A DNA stretch of 62,948 bases, filler included, from an uncultured bacterium (GCA_964371695.1; 24 parts of 24 records of this genome joined end to end with filler, not necessarily neighbours in it), one strand, 5' to 3'. Positions 33,845 to 44,220 are shown, numbered from the whole stretch's first letter. The notes: a model not told the origin generated them from the letters alone. Numbers and translations are program-made.

Positions 33845-33875
33845 TATTGGTCCATTTTTGGCCTCAGGAGGCATT

Positions 33876-34512
33876 TTGGCGGGTACGAAGATTAAGATAT
33901 TTGAACTGGCGAAAGAGCTGGATCTGGAAGCCAAAGCCGTGCTGATGCAGCTCCGTGACGCGGGGCTGGGAGTCAAAAGCGCGTCCTCCACCGTGGATAA
34001 GGACGAAGCCATGATGTGCCTGGGCAAGGGGGGTAACAACACCCCAAGCCCCGGCGCAGAAGCCCTTCCTCCCCGGCCACCGCTCCGGCCACAGGCCCCG
34101 GCGGCCATGGCCCCACCCAAACCACCGGTGGCCAAGGTCATCAAAAAAGCCGCCCCCATTCCTGAAAAGAGAACGGGTCGTCTGGGCAGCACGCTGAAGG
34201 TGGTTACCCCTGGCGTCACCCGCCCAGCCCCCGGCACAGTCCCCGCCGAGCGGCGTCCGGATGGCCGCAGTGGCCCGGCAGGGCCGGGTGGCCCCCCAGG
34301 CGCTGGCGGGCCCCGCGGTCAGGTGGGGCGTCGCCCCCCCATGGGCGGCACGCCGCCGCCGCCATTGGCAACGCCCGGCAAACCCGGCGCAGAGGCAGGC
34401 GCTGGCCGCACCGCCGCCAAAAAAGGCGTTCAAAAGAAAAAGTTCTTCAAGCTGCCCCCCAAAAAGAAAAGGGAAGGCTCCACCTCCCTGCTGGGTTCCC
34501 ACGCCTCTGCTG
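33876..34512 (+). CDS. infB: translation initiation factor IF-2, N-terminal part
   Basis: TTG start; KIKIFELAKEL...L...G..VKSASSTV IF2_N motif then Pro/Gly/Lys-rich linker; GTPase domain not reached. Confidence 0.8.
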
Positions 34513-34819
34513 NNNNNNNNNNNNNNNNNNNNNNNNNNNNNNNNNNNNNNNNNNNNTTAATTAATTAANNNNNNNNNNNNNNNNNNNNNNNNNNNNNNNN
34601 NNNNNNNNNNNNCAGCCACCCTCTCCCCGTAAAGGGGAGAGGGCAAAAAGGTGGTTTTTCTTTTTTACGCAGGCGTCCCGCCTGCGCTACTGATTCCCGC
34701 TTTCGCGGGAATGACGGCCTGTGGGACAACAATCCTCATGCCCCCCCGCCTGTTATAAGATGCGTCTTCCATAAGACTGTTCTGCAAGGATGAACGATTG
34801 CCGGAAATAAGGACGCACC

Positions 34820-36973
34820 GTGGGCCAAAGTAAAGGATTTCTGGGGGTTCGCCGCCACACACTGGCGCTGAGGGCCGGTTGTCAGGGCCTGGGCCTGGAG
34901 GTGCTGGTGGTGCAGGTGATGGGCGAGCTGACCCTGGGGGGATACCTGCTCATCAATCCGGCGGGCCTCACCCTCACGCTGTTGGGCCGGGCCTTGGACC
35001 TGAAGCAGTTTCTGGTGTGGTGGCGCGAGCGCTGCCCCCATGACTGGGTGAAGGATTGGGAAATCCTGAGCGAAGAAGACCTTCTGCCAGAAGACCTTCA
35101 GAACACCGGCGTGCTGGATATTCAGGTGGTGGCCGGGGGAGAAGTCGGCTCGGTGGTGCTGCCCTGCGCGCCCGACCTGGGGCTGACGCCCGAACTGGCC
35201 TTTCAGCTCATGGACGAAGGCAACCCGCGCCAAGCCTATGCCCCTGCCCTCAGCATGAAGTCCGGCCCCCGCTACAGCCTCATGACCAAGGTGCCGTTTT
35301 TGCGGATGCACTCCACACTGGCCGACACCGCCCGACCCTGCGACTGCCTGCTGGACGGCCTGGACGAATACACCGCGCCCCTGGTGCTGGCGCGGGATTT
35401 TTCCACCTGCGCCAGATGCGGCCCCCCCTGGTGGCTCAAGGTGCCGCCCGACCCGGCGCCCAAACGCCCCGATTTTGAGCATCTTTCCCTGGCCATCGCC
35501 AGCGGCGGCATTGTGGCGGCCAAGGGCATTGGCGGTTTTTACTGGATGGGCGACGCCACCAGCGGTGGCGTGGTCAACCGCCTGCGGGAGTTCAAGAACA
35601 ACCCCTTCCGCCCCTTTGTGGTGATGTACGCCACGCTGGAAATGGCCGCCGCCGATTTTGTGATTGACGAGGCCTCGGCGGCCCTCATGCGCAGCGCACG
35701 CCGCCCGGCGGTGAAATGTTTTGCCCGCGCTCAGGAGACGGGGCGTTTTGGCTGGGTGCAGGGGTTTGACTGCCGACTGGCGGTGCGGCTGGCGGTCACG
35801 CCCTTTGAGTTCATGCTCTCGCGGGTGAGCGGGCGGCCCCTGATGGTCACCAGCGCCAACGACCCCGGCCACGGCATCAGCCTGAAGGCCGAGGAAGTGC
35901 CCGATCACCACGGCCAGCACGCCGTGGTGGACGACGCCCTGCCGGTGCACAACCCGGTGGAAGACTCGGTGATGCAGCACCTGCCCCAGCACGGCGACCA
36001 GATGCTGGTGCGCAGCCGGGGCTGGGTTCCCCTGCCCGAAAGACTGCCCGCCCCGCTCCCTTTTCCGGTGCTGGCCCTGGGCGACGGCAAAAACGGCGTG
36101 CTGGCCCTGGGCGCTGGGCGCGACGTGACCCTCAGCCCGCCCCTGGGCGACCTGCGCCAGCCCGGCCCCAGCGCGCGGGCGGCCCGGTGGATCAGCCGGA
36201 TGCTGCAATGGACCGGCGTGTTGCCCGGCTGCATCATGCTGGACGAATACCCCGCCGACTGGGAGCGCCCCCTGCTGCACGTGTTCGAGGATTTTCCCCA
36301 GCAGCGCCTGCCCCGCGCCACCGCCCTGTGCCACGGACTGCTGGCCCACGAGGGTTACGACGGCGACGCCGCCGTGGTGTTTGTGTGGGACACCGAGGTG
36401 GAAGGCCCCGACGCAGGCGTGGTTTTTCACGGCGGCACGCACAACCTGCGCCCCGTGGGGGGCACGATGATGGACGGCGAACTGGTGGGGGTGGGTCAGG
36501 TGCTGCGGCGCATGGCGGGCGTGCTGGGGCTGGACGGATTGTGCGGCCCCACGCCCAGTTATGCCAACGAAACCATGGACCTGCTCTATGCCGAGGGCAT
36601 GAAGGCCATCGGCGGGCCTCTGGGCCTGCTGGTGCCCCAGTGGATGCAGCGCGACGACGGCCTGCTGATCATGTCGGTGGACGACGTGCTGGCGGACATG
36701 GCGAAACAGAAAGAAGCAGGGGCCAGCGTGGCCCGTCTGGCGCTGACGGGGCACTGGGTGATGACCATTGCGGGCAGCGCCCTGGTGGAGTGGCTGGAAC
36801 AGGACAAACCCGTGGACTTTATTGGCGGGGCCGGGGCGGTGTTCACCAACTCGCTGGTGGTGGATGGTTTTGACGGCGAACTGGTGTACCCCATTCACGT
36901 GCCGCTGCGGATTCCCCCCGGCGGCGGCGGCGTGGCCTGGGGACAGGTGGCGGCCTGTCTGGCGGAGGCGTAA
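34820..36973 (+). CDS. divergent HypF (carbamoyltransferase) paralog
   Basis: HypF-collinear motifs GPRYS, CARCGP, KGIGGF, RPFVVM, VTSAN, EDSV, RSRGWVP, GGV..GQ; catalytic motifs degenerate. Confidence 0.8.
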   Translation: MGQSKGFLGVRRHTLALRAGCQGLGLEVLVVQVMGELTLGGYLLINPAGLTLTLLGRALDLKQFLVWWRERCPHDWVKDWEILSEEDLLPEDLQNTGVLDIQVVAGGEVGSVVLPCAPDLGLTPELAFQLMDEGNPRQAYAPALSMKSGPRYSLMTKVPFLRMHSTLADTARPCDCLLDGLDEYTAPLVLARDFSTCARCGPPWWLKVPPDPAPKRPDFEHLSLAIASGGIVAAKGIGGFYWMGDATSGGVVNRLREFKNNPFRPFVVMYATLEMAAADFVIDEASAALMRSARRPAVKCFARAQETGRFGWVQGFDCRLAVRLAVTPFEFMLSRVSGRPLMVTSANDPGHGISLKAEEVPDHHGQHAVVDDALPVHNPVEDSVMQHLPQHGDQMLVRSRGWVPLPERLPAPLPFPVLALGDGKNGVLALGAGRDVTLSPPLGDLRQPGPSARAARWISRMLQWTGVLPGCIMLDEYPADWERPLLHVFEDFPQQRLPRATALCHGLLAHEGYDGDAAVVFVWDTEVEGPDAGVVFHGGTHNLRPVGGTMMDGELVGVGQVLRRMAGVLGLDGLCGPTPSYANETMDLLYAEGMKAIGGPLGLLVPQWMQRDDGLLIMSVDDVLADMAKQKEAGASVARLALTGHWVMTIAGSALVEWLEQDKPVDFIGGAGAVFTNSLVVDGFDGELVYPIHVPLRIPPGGGGVAWGQVAACLAEA

Positions 36974-36977
36974 TTTC

Positions 36978-37068
36978 CCCTCTCCCCTTTACGGGGAGAG
37001 GGTGGCGCGTGAGTAGGGCGGGCGTCCCCGCCCGCCTGAGCGCGAAGCGCCAAACTGCCGAATGAGGG
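36978..37068. repeat. CCCTCTCCC element with nested GTAG REP, copy 2
   Basis: Inverted near-copy of 22367-22457. Confidence 0.7.
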
Positions 37069-37350
37069 CGTTAGAGCATTTTCGGAAACGGTAGAACATT
37101 AACTGAGGCTTCATGTCCAAACCTTGGCCAACCCNNNNNNNNNNNNNNNNNNNNNNNNNNNNNNNNNNNNNNNNNNNNTTAATTAATTAANNNNNNNNNN
37201 NNNNNNNNNNNNNNNNNNNNNNNNNNNNNNNNNNTTTTGTGCCGCCTGCGGCGGTTTTTATTCTCCCGGCGAGACGCCGGGGCTACAGGAAAACCTGACA
37301 GCAATGGACGCCGCACTCATTCTCATCGCATGTTAGAATATTCCGCTCAG

Positions 37351-37435
37351 GCCGGGATGGCGGAACTGGTAGACGCAGTGGACTCAAAATCCACCGGGCC
37401 TTGCGCCCTTGGGGGTTCGATTCCCCCTCCCGGCA
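37351..37435 (+). tRNA. tRNA-Leu(CAA)
   Basis: Acceptor GCCGGGA/TCCCGGC, GTGGA-CTCAAAA-TCCAC anticodon arm, long variable arm; CCA not encoded. Confidence 0.96.
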
Positions 37436-37466
37436 CGAACAAGCCGAACTCACCCAGGAGAAATTC

Positions 37467-39347
37467 ATGCGAAAATACCACCTGCCCCTGTGGGCGGCCC
37501 TGTTGTTTGTCCTGACCGTGGCGCAAAACGCTCTGGCCCACCCGCTGGACAAAGTGTATGGCGCACGCTCAAACGGCCAGATCGACCTGGACACGTTTTA
37601 CCGCTATCTCATTCTGGGACTGCACGCCCCCGTCCAGTTGCCCGCCGAGTTTCAGGACACCCGCCCCACCCGCATGGTCACCATGGCCAAAGCCGACCTG
37701 AACCGCAACTACGACCGCCTGAGCGAGGCCAACAAATCCCTGCTGCGGTCTTTTGGCGTCACGGGCCGCGCCGCCAGCGCCACCGCCGCCTTCACCGGCG
37801 TGGGCAACCTCACTGAAACCACCGACGTCACCGTGGGGGGCACCACCTATCGCATTCACTACACCACCAACACCGGCAACCTCGATGTCACCACCCCCGC
37901 TTTTGTCAACGGCGTGGCCGCCGCCCTCACCACCACGGTGAACTTTCAGAAAAACACGCTGGGTTACCCCATGCCCTACCGCGACCAGCAGGACGGCGTT
38001 TATGACGTGTACCTCTCTGGCCGCGAATGCGGCGACCAGTCCACCTATGGTTATGTCAGCGCCCAGGGCACTCTGGGCGACAACCCCAACAGCACCGCCA
38101 CCGAGACCGATTCGCTGCCCAGCTTTCTGGTGCTGGACAACGACTATGCCGAGTTTCAGGGCGACCCCACACAGAACATGCAAATCACCGTGAGCCACGA
38201 ACACTTTCACTCGGTGCAATTCGGCGTCTCTTATTTCAACACCGCCACCGACACCAGCGGCGTGGAAGGCTCGTGGCTGGCCGAGAGCACCGCCACCTGG
38301 ATGGAAACCCAAGTATACGACGTGTCGGGCACCTACACCGAATACATGGACTCCATTTTTCTGGATCCCGAACTGGGCCTGTTCAATTACGACAACAACA
38401 ACCTGCGGCAATACGGCCATTTCATGCTGCACAAATACATGGAAGAAAACGGCACCGTGGGAACCTCCCAGGCCGAGGGCCGGGCCGCCATTCAGAACAC
38501 CTATTTCACGGCCCGCACCACCGCCAACCAGACAGGCAAATCCATCACCCAGATTTACCGCGAGCAGGTGCAGACGGCCACGCGTTTCACCACTTGGCTG
38601 GACCTGGTGAAGGAGTTTTCCATTGCCGTGCTGCTGCGCACCGCCGACCTGAGCGGCTCAGACGCCTACCAGTTCTCCAAAGCCAGCACCCTGCAAACCA
38701 GCACCAAGGGCAACGGCACCATCACGCCGCCCTTCGTCAACACCAGCCAGACCTTCACCAGCACCACCCTCACCCACAACGGCACGGGCCTGCGGCCCCT
38801 GGGTTATCAGTATCTCAAACTGGTGGTGAACGCCCCCGCCCAGGTGACGGTGGACAACGTGACCGGCGCGGCGCTTTCGCTGAGGGGTGTCACCTTCGCC
38901 GCCGGCGCAGGCACCGACCTCACGGCCACCAGCGCCCGCACTGCTGTCAACGCCACCATTTCGCCAGAGGTGGCGGCCACGTCCACCGCCAGCGCCACCT
39001 TCAACCTCAGCGTGGGCACACACATCCTGCGGGTGCTGAACACCACCATCAATCCGGGGTCCACCACCGCCGCCACCTATCGTGTCACCGTGGCCGCCGC
39101 GCCCCAGGTGAACATCAACTGCAACCTCACCGCCGACAGCGCCGCCACCCATCCCCACGTGGGAGACGCCGCCCTGCTGCTGGACATTGTGCTGGGCACC
39201 AACGCCAGCACCGCCTGCGCGGGCGGGGCCTGTGACTATGACAAATCAGGCAACGCCACGCCCGATGCTGCCGATGTCACCGCGCTCGCGGGCATTGTCA
39301 CCGGCGGCGACACCGCCAGCGTGTGCAACAGCGTGTTTGGTCAGTAA
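37467..39347 (+). CDS. secreted zinc metallopeptidase-like protein with C-terminal dockerin-like module
   Basis: SD AGGAG, signal peptide, SHEHFHSVQ (HEXXH) followed by WLAESTATWME, Thr-rich beta domain, 4-Cys duplicated tail. Confidence 0.85.
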   Translation: MRKYHLPLWAALLFVLTVAQNALAHPLDKVYGARSNGQIDLDTFYRYLILGLHAPVQLPAEFQDTRPTRMVTMAKADLNRNYDRLSEANKSLLRSFGVTGRAASATAAFTGVGNLTETTDVTVGGTTYRIHYTTNTGNLDVTTPAFVNGVAAALTTTVNFQKNTLGYPMPYRDQQDGVYDVYLSGRECGDQSTYGYVSAQGTLGDNPNSTATETDSLPSFLVLDNDYAEFQGDPTQNMQITVSHEHFHSVQFGVSYFNTATDTSGVEGSWLAESTATWMETQVYDVSGTYTEYMDSIFLDPELGLFNYDNNNLRQYGHFMLHKYMEENGTVGTSQAEGRAAIQNTYFTARTTANQTGKSITQIYREQVQTATRFTTWLDLVKEFSIAVLLRTADLSGSDAYQFSKASTLQTSTKGNGTITPPFVNTSQTFTSTTLTHNGTGLRPLGYQYLKLVVNAPAQVTVDNVTGAALSLRGVTFAAGAGTDLTATSARTAVNATISPEVAATSTASATFNLSVGTHILRVLNTTINPGSTTAATYRVTVAAAPQVNINCNLTADSAATHPHVGDAALLLDIVLGTNASTACAGGACDYDKSGNATPDAADVTALAGIVTGGDTASVCNSVFGQ

Positions 39348-39352
39348 ACCGG

Positions 39353-39604
39353 CGTCATTCCCGCGAAAGCGGGAAGCCAGTTCAAAAAAAAGCAAAAAAC
39401 CACTATTCCTTCTCCCGTCCGAAGGATGGGAGAAGGTGGCCGAAGGCCGGATGAGGGCGTCAAACAAAAAGAAAAATCCTTTTTGGGTGTTTTTTATATT
39501 GCCCGGCGCTGTCGCGCCACACTCTCCCATGCAAAGCACGGGAGAGGGAAAAATGCGGCGTTTTGCTCATGTTTTACTGGACTGCCGCTTTCGCGGGAAT
39601 GACG
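39353..39604. repeat. inverted CGTC REP pair enclosing CCCTCTCCC-type elements
   Basis: CGTC REPs at 39353-39380 and 39577-39604 flank hairpins at 39408-39457 and 39521-39548. Confidence 0.7.
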
Positions 39605-39659
39605 GCAACCCGTGCGGAGCTTTCAGGCGGTGCCTGACGCACCCATTCGGAAAAATTCG

Positions 39660-39752
39660 TTAATCAGCCCTCAACAGCTTCGCCTGCGCCACCCTGTCCT
39701 GAATGATGTCCACCAGCGCCGGGTGCAGACCCAGCGGCTCGGTGATTTCGAC
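39660..39752 (-). CDS. CbiX/SirB chelatase, 3' fragment
   Basis: VEITEPLGLHPALVDIIQDRV...stop. Confidence 0.6.
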   Translation of the reverse strand, partial: VEITEPLGLHPALVDIIQDRVAQAKLLRAD

Positions 39753-39852
39753 NNNNNNNNNNNNNNNNNNNNNNNNNNNNNNNNNNNNNNNNNNNNTTAA
39801 TTAATTAANNNNNNNNNNNNNNNNNNNNNNNNNNNNNNNNNNNNNNNNNNNN

Positions 39853-40345
39853 GTGAAATCCGGACCATGCTTTTTTTTCCATCAGGGATAAGAGGAGAAA
39901 GCGCCATAAAATCGTGCTTGTCAACAGGATCATTTTTTGAAATAAACAAAATGTCAATTGAAGTTGGAACCGGTTCTCCGGTAAACTCAATCAAGGCTAA
40001 GTCCCCCGGCAAAAGGCAGTTAAAGCGTTCTTTATCTCCTTCAGGGTTAAATATGAATTCTCCATTCAGCCGCCAGTTCTTATAAGTCCGGCCTTTAATG
40101 ATTTTTCTCGTCAGGCGATAAAGCCCTTTTTCGCTTGGTCCGAATAAAGATAATGTGACAGGCGCTTCATTTTCTTTTTCACGGACTATTTCGGCGGAAA
40201 GAGGGTAAAACTCTTTCTCAAAAACATCGGCATTGAGGTTGATTGACTTTTGATTTCCAGCATTCCGGTTTCGGAAATGCCATTCAAAAAAAGTCAAGTC
40301 CGAAGCGGTCAGTCGCTTCAAAGCGAGTTTTGAAAACGTGGTCAT
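39853..40345 (-). CDS. probable restriction-system protein with EcoRII-N/B3-like DNA-binding domain, partial
   Basis: ALKRLTASDL...GNQKSI resembles EcoRII-N KRLSAND...GHQ; clearly AT-rich versus neighbours. Confidence 0.5.
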
Positions 40346-40397
40346 TGACACAAAGTATGGTCAAACCAAGTACTACTGTCCAACTTCTTTGGTCCGC

Positions 40398-41048
40398 TCA
40401 CGCCGCTTTTTTGCGACGGCGGGGTTTGGGTTTGGCGGTGGCGGGTGTGTCCGCATCAGCGGCGGCGGGGCGTTTGCCCTTGATGCGAAAACCGGGGTGG
40501 TCTTTTTCAATCAGCCACGGCGGGGCCAGCACCAGGGGCACGCCCACGTCTTCCACCGGCAGCAGGGTGCCGAACAGTTTGTCCCAAAAGTCGGTGCTCA
40601 CGCTGTGGTTCATTTTGGGGTTTTTGAAATGGTGGGCCATGTGGTGTTTCCAGGCCCACTGTTCCCAGGCGTTTTCGGGGGGGCGCTGGTGAATGTCCAT
40701 GTGCAGTTTTTCGTAACGTACCCAGCCGGTGAGAATGCCCGCCGAGAGCGCCGCCGCACGTCGCAACCCCAGCACCGGCACAAAGGCCAGATTCAGCCCC
40801 CCCATCACCTGGGCGGCCAGAGGCCCCATGCGCTTCAGGCCATCCAGATAACCCGCACCGTCCCAGGCGGGCGCGCCGGGGGTATAGCCCTCGCCCTGGG
40901 GATAACGGTGATGGTGCTGGTGCAGGTCATAGCCGTATTCACTGATTTTTCCCTCGTGGCCAATGAACCGGTGAATGCCATATTCCAGCCCCGACCACGA
41001 CAACAGACCAGCGGTGTAAAAGGCGGCGGTGTCAATCAAAGTGAGCAT
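40398..41048 (-). CDS. fatty acid hydroxylase / sterol desaturase family
   Basis: His boxes HRFIGH, HQHHH, HMDIH, HMAHH; WDKLFGT. Confidence 0.9.
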   Translation of the reverse strand: MLTLIDTAAFYTAGLLSWSGLEYGIHRFIGHEGKISEYGYDLHQHHHRYPQGEGYTPGAPAWDGAGYLDGLKRMGPLAAQVMGGLNLAFVPVLGLRRAAALSAGILTGWVRYEKLHMDIHQRPPENAWEQWAWKHHMAHHFKNPKMNHSVSTDFWDKLFGTLLPVEDVGVPLVLAPPWLIEKDHPGFRIKGKRPAAADADTPATAKPKPRRRKKAA

Positions 41049-41228
41049 GTTGGGTCTCCTTTTCAGGGCGTTGGAAGTTTGCCGTGGCGGCCAAGCGAAG
41101 CAGCCCCGTCTGTTTTATCGGCAAAAGCATGGTCAAACGTTTTAGTCATCTGACCCAATCTTATGATTGACTGACGCGTCGGTCAAGGCGACAAAGGAAG
41201 TTCTTGCCGGACCTTCTCGGAACCTGCT

Positions 41229-41524
41229 TAGAGCATTTTCGAAGTAGATGTAGACCACCCGCCGATGGTGGCGACACCCGTGGCCAGAGGCCATGGATGG
41301 CCGTTTCCGCCGCCGGTGAAGCACGGTGGGGGCTTGCAGAAAGGCTTGTTCCAACAAATATATTCGCTCAATGCAACCTTTTTTGGGTCGGGCTGAGCCG
41401 TGCGGCGTTGTTCGCAAGGTTTCACGGATGAAACCGGCGAACCAGAAAATATAAGCAGGGCTGGCTCTTTTTGTCTCGCGGCCAAGTGCCCTTTCTTGTC
41501 TTCATTTACTATGAATTTGCTCTA
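41229..41524. mobile_element. IS630-like MITE (296 nt)
   Basis: Imperfect 22-bp TIRs TAGAGCATTTTCGAAGTAGATG / TAGAGCAAATTCATAGTAAATG (17/22), TA at both ends, no transposase. Confidence 0.65.
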
Positions 41525-41567
41525 AAACCAAATCGTCATTTCCGGGAAGGAGTGCTTTCAGCTTCCC

Positions 41568-42107
41568 TCACGCCTGTTTGGCCATGGCGTCTTTCATGGC
41601 GTTGACCAGAGCGGACATGCCGGTTTCCTGAGCATGCACCAGCGCCGAGGTGCCCCAGCGGTCCACGGTGTGGGGGTCCGCCCCCCCGTGCATCAGGGCG
41701 TGGATCACTTTCACCCACTGGCTCTCGTCAAAACCGGCCCGCATACGGGCGCGGTCGGCCCCCAGCACGGCCTCGTGCAGGGGCGTCTGGCCTTCACGGC
41801 ACGCCCAGCGGGGGTTTTGCCCCGCCTTCAGCAACAGCTCCACCGCATGAAGATGACCGTTTTTGGCGGCCCAGTGCAGGGCGCTGAGGCCCTGGTTGTC
41901 GCGCACTTCAAGATCAGGACTGGAGCGCAGCAGCGCCTGCAACAGACCTTCGTCTCCTTTTTGGGCTGCCTCAATCAGTTGATAACCCCGCGCCCGCTCC
42001 TGCTCTGGCGTGGCGGGCAGCGGTTGGGCCGACTGGCTCACCATCAGCGCCAAGCCACCCAAGCCCAGCAGCGCCACCACCAGCAAAATGAGTCCCAACC
42101 AAATCAG
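41568..42107 (-). CDS. membrane-anchored ankyrin-repeat protein (start uncertain)
   Basis: N-terminal TM; G.SALHWAA..GH, GQTPLHEA, GADP. Confidence 0.8.
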   Translation of the reverse strand: MIWLGLILLVVALLGLGGLALMVSQSAQPLPATPEQERARGYQLIEAAQKGDEGLLQALLRSSPDLEVRDNQGLSALHWAAKNGHLHAVELLLKAGQNPRWACREGQTPLHEAVLGADRARMRAGFDESQWVKVIHALMHGGADPHTVDRWGTSALVHAQETGMSALVNAMKDAMAKQA

Positions 42108-42463
42108 CGCGGCACCCCCGGTTATGAAAATGGAACGAATGGTTATTGTGTACCCGGAAACGGATAATTTGAAACACGAATTTTTGGCCCCAGGCGACGC
42201 GGGGAAGTGGGGCGGGCGTCTCGCTGGTGGCGCGAGTCGCCACAGACGGGGACGCCCATAGCTGTTAACTTTTGGCATGAAATCAGGCTTTTAATACGAA
42301 TTTTCAACCGAAACAGCATTAACCCTGAGCGATGAGCCGGTTTGGAAATGGGTGCTGCGAAGTNNNNNNNNNNNNNNNNNNNNNNNNNNNNNNNNNNNNN
42401 NNNNNNNTTAATTAATTAANNNNNNNNNNNNNNNNNNNNNNNNNNNNNNNNNNNNNNNNNNNN

Positions 42464-43383
42464 GCATGCACCTGCCGGTGCATGCTCAGAATCCGCCTGA
42501 GCACCAGTTGTTCCACCAGCAGAATGGTGAGCGCCGCAAACACCACACCCGCCCCCAACAGGCCCCGCCACAAAAGCGCCAGGGTGCGGCGGGCTTCTTC
42601 GACATAAGGCCGGGCCAGGGTGACGGACACCCGCGCCATGGGCTGATCATAAATATCGGTGATCACCCGGTTGCCGATGACGTAGTTCTGGTTCCACACC
42701 GCCACCGGTTTGAAAAAAAGCGGGTCGCGGTTGGCCCTTTCGTGGCGGCCAAGGGGTTGCACGGTGATGGCCAGCTCCATGTCTTCTTCCAAGTCCTGCA
42801 GGGTTTCAAAAGCCAGAAAACGCCCCATCACCAGCGCCCCGCGAGAAGGGCCGGTTTCGTTGGTGCGCAGGATTTGCCGCGAGGCCACCAGCATCAGGCC
42901 GTCCTGTGTGTTAACCAGCCCCCGCACGCCTTTTTCGGGACTCAGGCGGGTGATGAGTGCCAGGGGGCTGTCGGGCCGCAGGTGCTGCGAGAGAAACTTG
43001 CGGGGCAAGGGCTGCTGGCCGGTGAAGCCGGGTGTGTAACGCCGGGAAAGCACCACCCGGCCCTGGGCATCCAGCAGCACAATCAAATGCACGCTGATGT
43101 TTTTCAGGCTCTCTGGCACGATGTTGGCGGTGAGGAACCGGGGGTTGTGGTCTTCCATGAACTGGTAGGTGTCGTCGAACTCCGCCCAGTCCTGGCAGGT
43201 GGCGTCGAGGTCTTCGATGGTGTAGCGCAGGGTGTTGACGGCGCGGTCGGTGTTGCGCTCGGTGTCCAGGCGTTCCAGTTCCAGATACGACCGGATGAAC
43301 ACTTTTTCGAACACCAGATACAACCCGCCGGTGAGCGCTCCCACGCACACCAGCACATACACCATGGTCCGTAGCCGCAGCAT
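42464..43383 (-). CDS. CHASE4-domain sensor protein, partial
   Basis: TM - DWAEFDDTYQFM...ILRTN..GP.RGALVMGR - TM. Confidence 0.85.
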
Positions 43384-43464
43384 CTTTTTACCTTGACCTT
43401 TTTATTAAAGGCAGGCCATGAGTGTAACCGCCCATCCAATGGATTGGTTGAGCAGGGGAAGCGG

Positions 43465-44220
43465 CTACCGCGCGTTTCCGGCGATAGCGTCAAAAAAACG
43501 GCTCACGATGGGGGCTGGGTCCAGCAGGCCGGTGAAACGCTCATCGATCCATTCCGGGTGCCACTGCACCCCCATGAACCAGCCGTTGTCAAACCGCTCG
43601 ATGCCTTCCACAAGGCCGTCCTCGCTGGTGGCCGACACGGTGAGGCCCTCTCCCAGCTCACGCACCGACTGGTGGTGAATGCTGTTGATGCGGTGCTCGC
43701 CTGCGCCATAAATCCGCGCCAGTTCGCTGCCCTCGTGCAGGGTCACGTTGTGGTGCAGGTGGTCATACACCTCGCTGTCGCGGTGCACCTTTTCGGTGGG
43801 GCCGTATTCCACGTTGTCCTGATGCAGGGTGCCGCCGAAATACACGTTGAGCACCTGCAAACCCCGGCACACTCCCAGCACGGGTTTGCCCTGTTTGCGG
43901 GCTTCTTCAATCAGCGCCAGTTCGTATTGGTCGCGGCGGTAATCCCCCGGCCAGCGGGTGTCGTACTCCTCCTGGCCATAACTCACGGGGCACACGTCTG
44001 CGCCGCCCGCCAGCAGCAGGGCGTCCACCCGCTCCACGGCCCGGCTCAGGGCCAGGGGGCTGTGCTGTTCCAGAATCAGCAGCGGCACGCCGCCCTGCTG
44101 GCTCAGATAACGCACCAGACTGGTTTCGGCGTATTGCAGCTCTTTGCCCCGGAACACGTCGCGGTGCGGGTCGGGGGGCAGCAGGTTGGCGCTGTAACCG
44201 ATGACGGGGTGAAAAGCCAT
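43465..44220 (-). CDS. gamma-glutamyl-gamma-aminobutyrate hydrolase family (peptidase C26)
   Basis: LLLAGGADV, LGVCRGLQ, NSIHHQ, GVQWHPE. Confidence 0.93.
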   Translation of the reverse strand: MAFHPVIGYSANLLPPDPHRDVFRGKELQYAETSLVRYLSQQGGVPLLILEQHSPLALSRAVERVDALLLAGGADVCPVSYGQEEYDTRWPGDYRRDQYELALIEEARKQGKPVLGVCRGLQVLNVYFGGTLHQDNVEYGPTEKVHRDSEVYDHLHHNVTLHEGSELARIYGAGEHRINSIHHQSVRELGEGLTVSATSEDGLVEGIERFDNGWFMGVQWHPEWIDERFTGLLDPAPIVSRFFDAIAGNAR

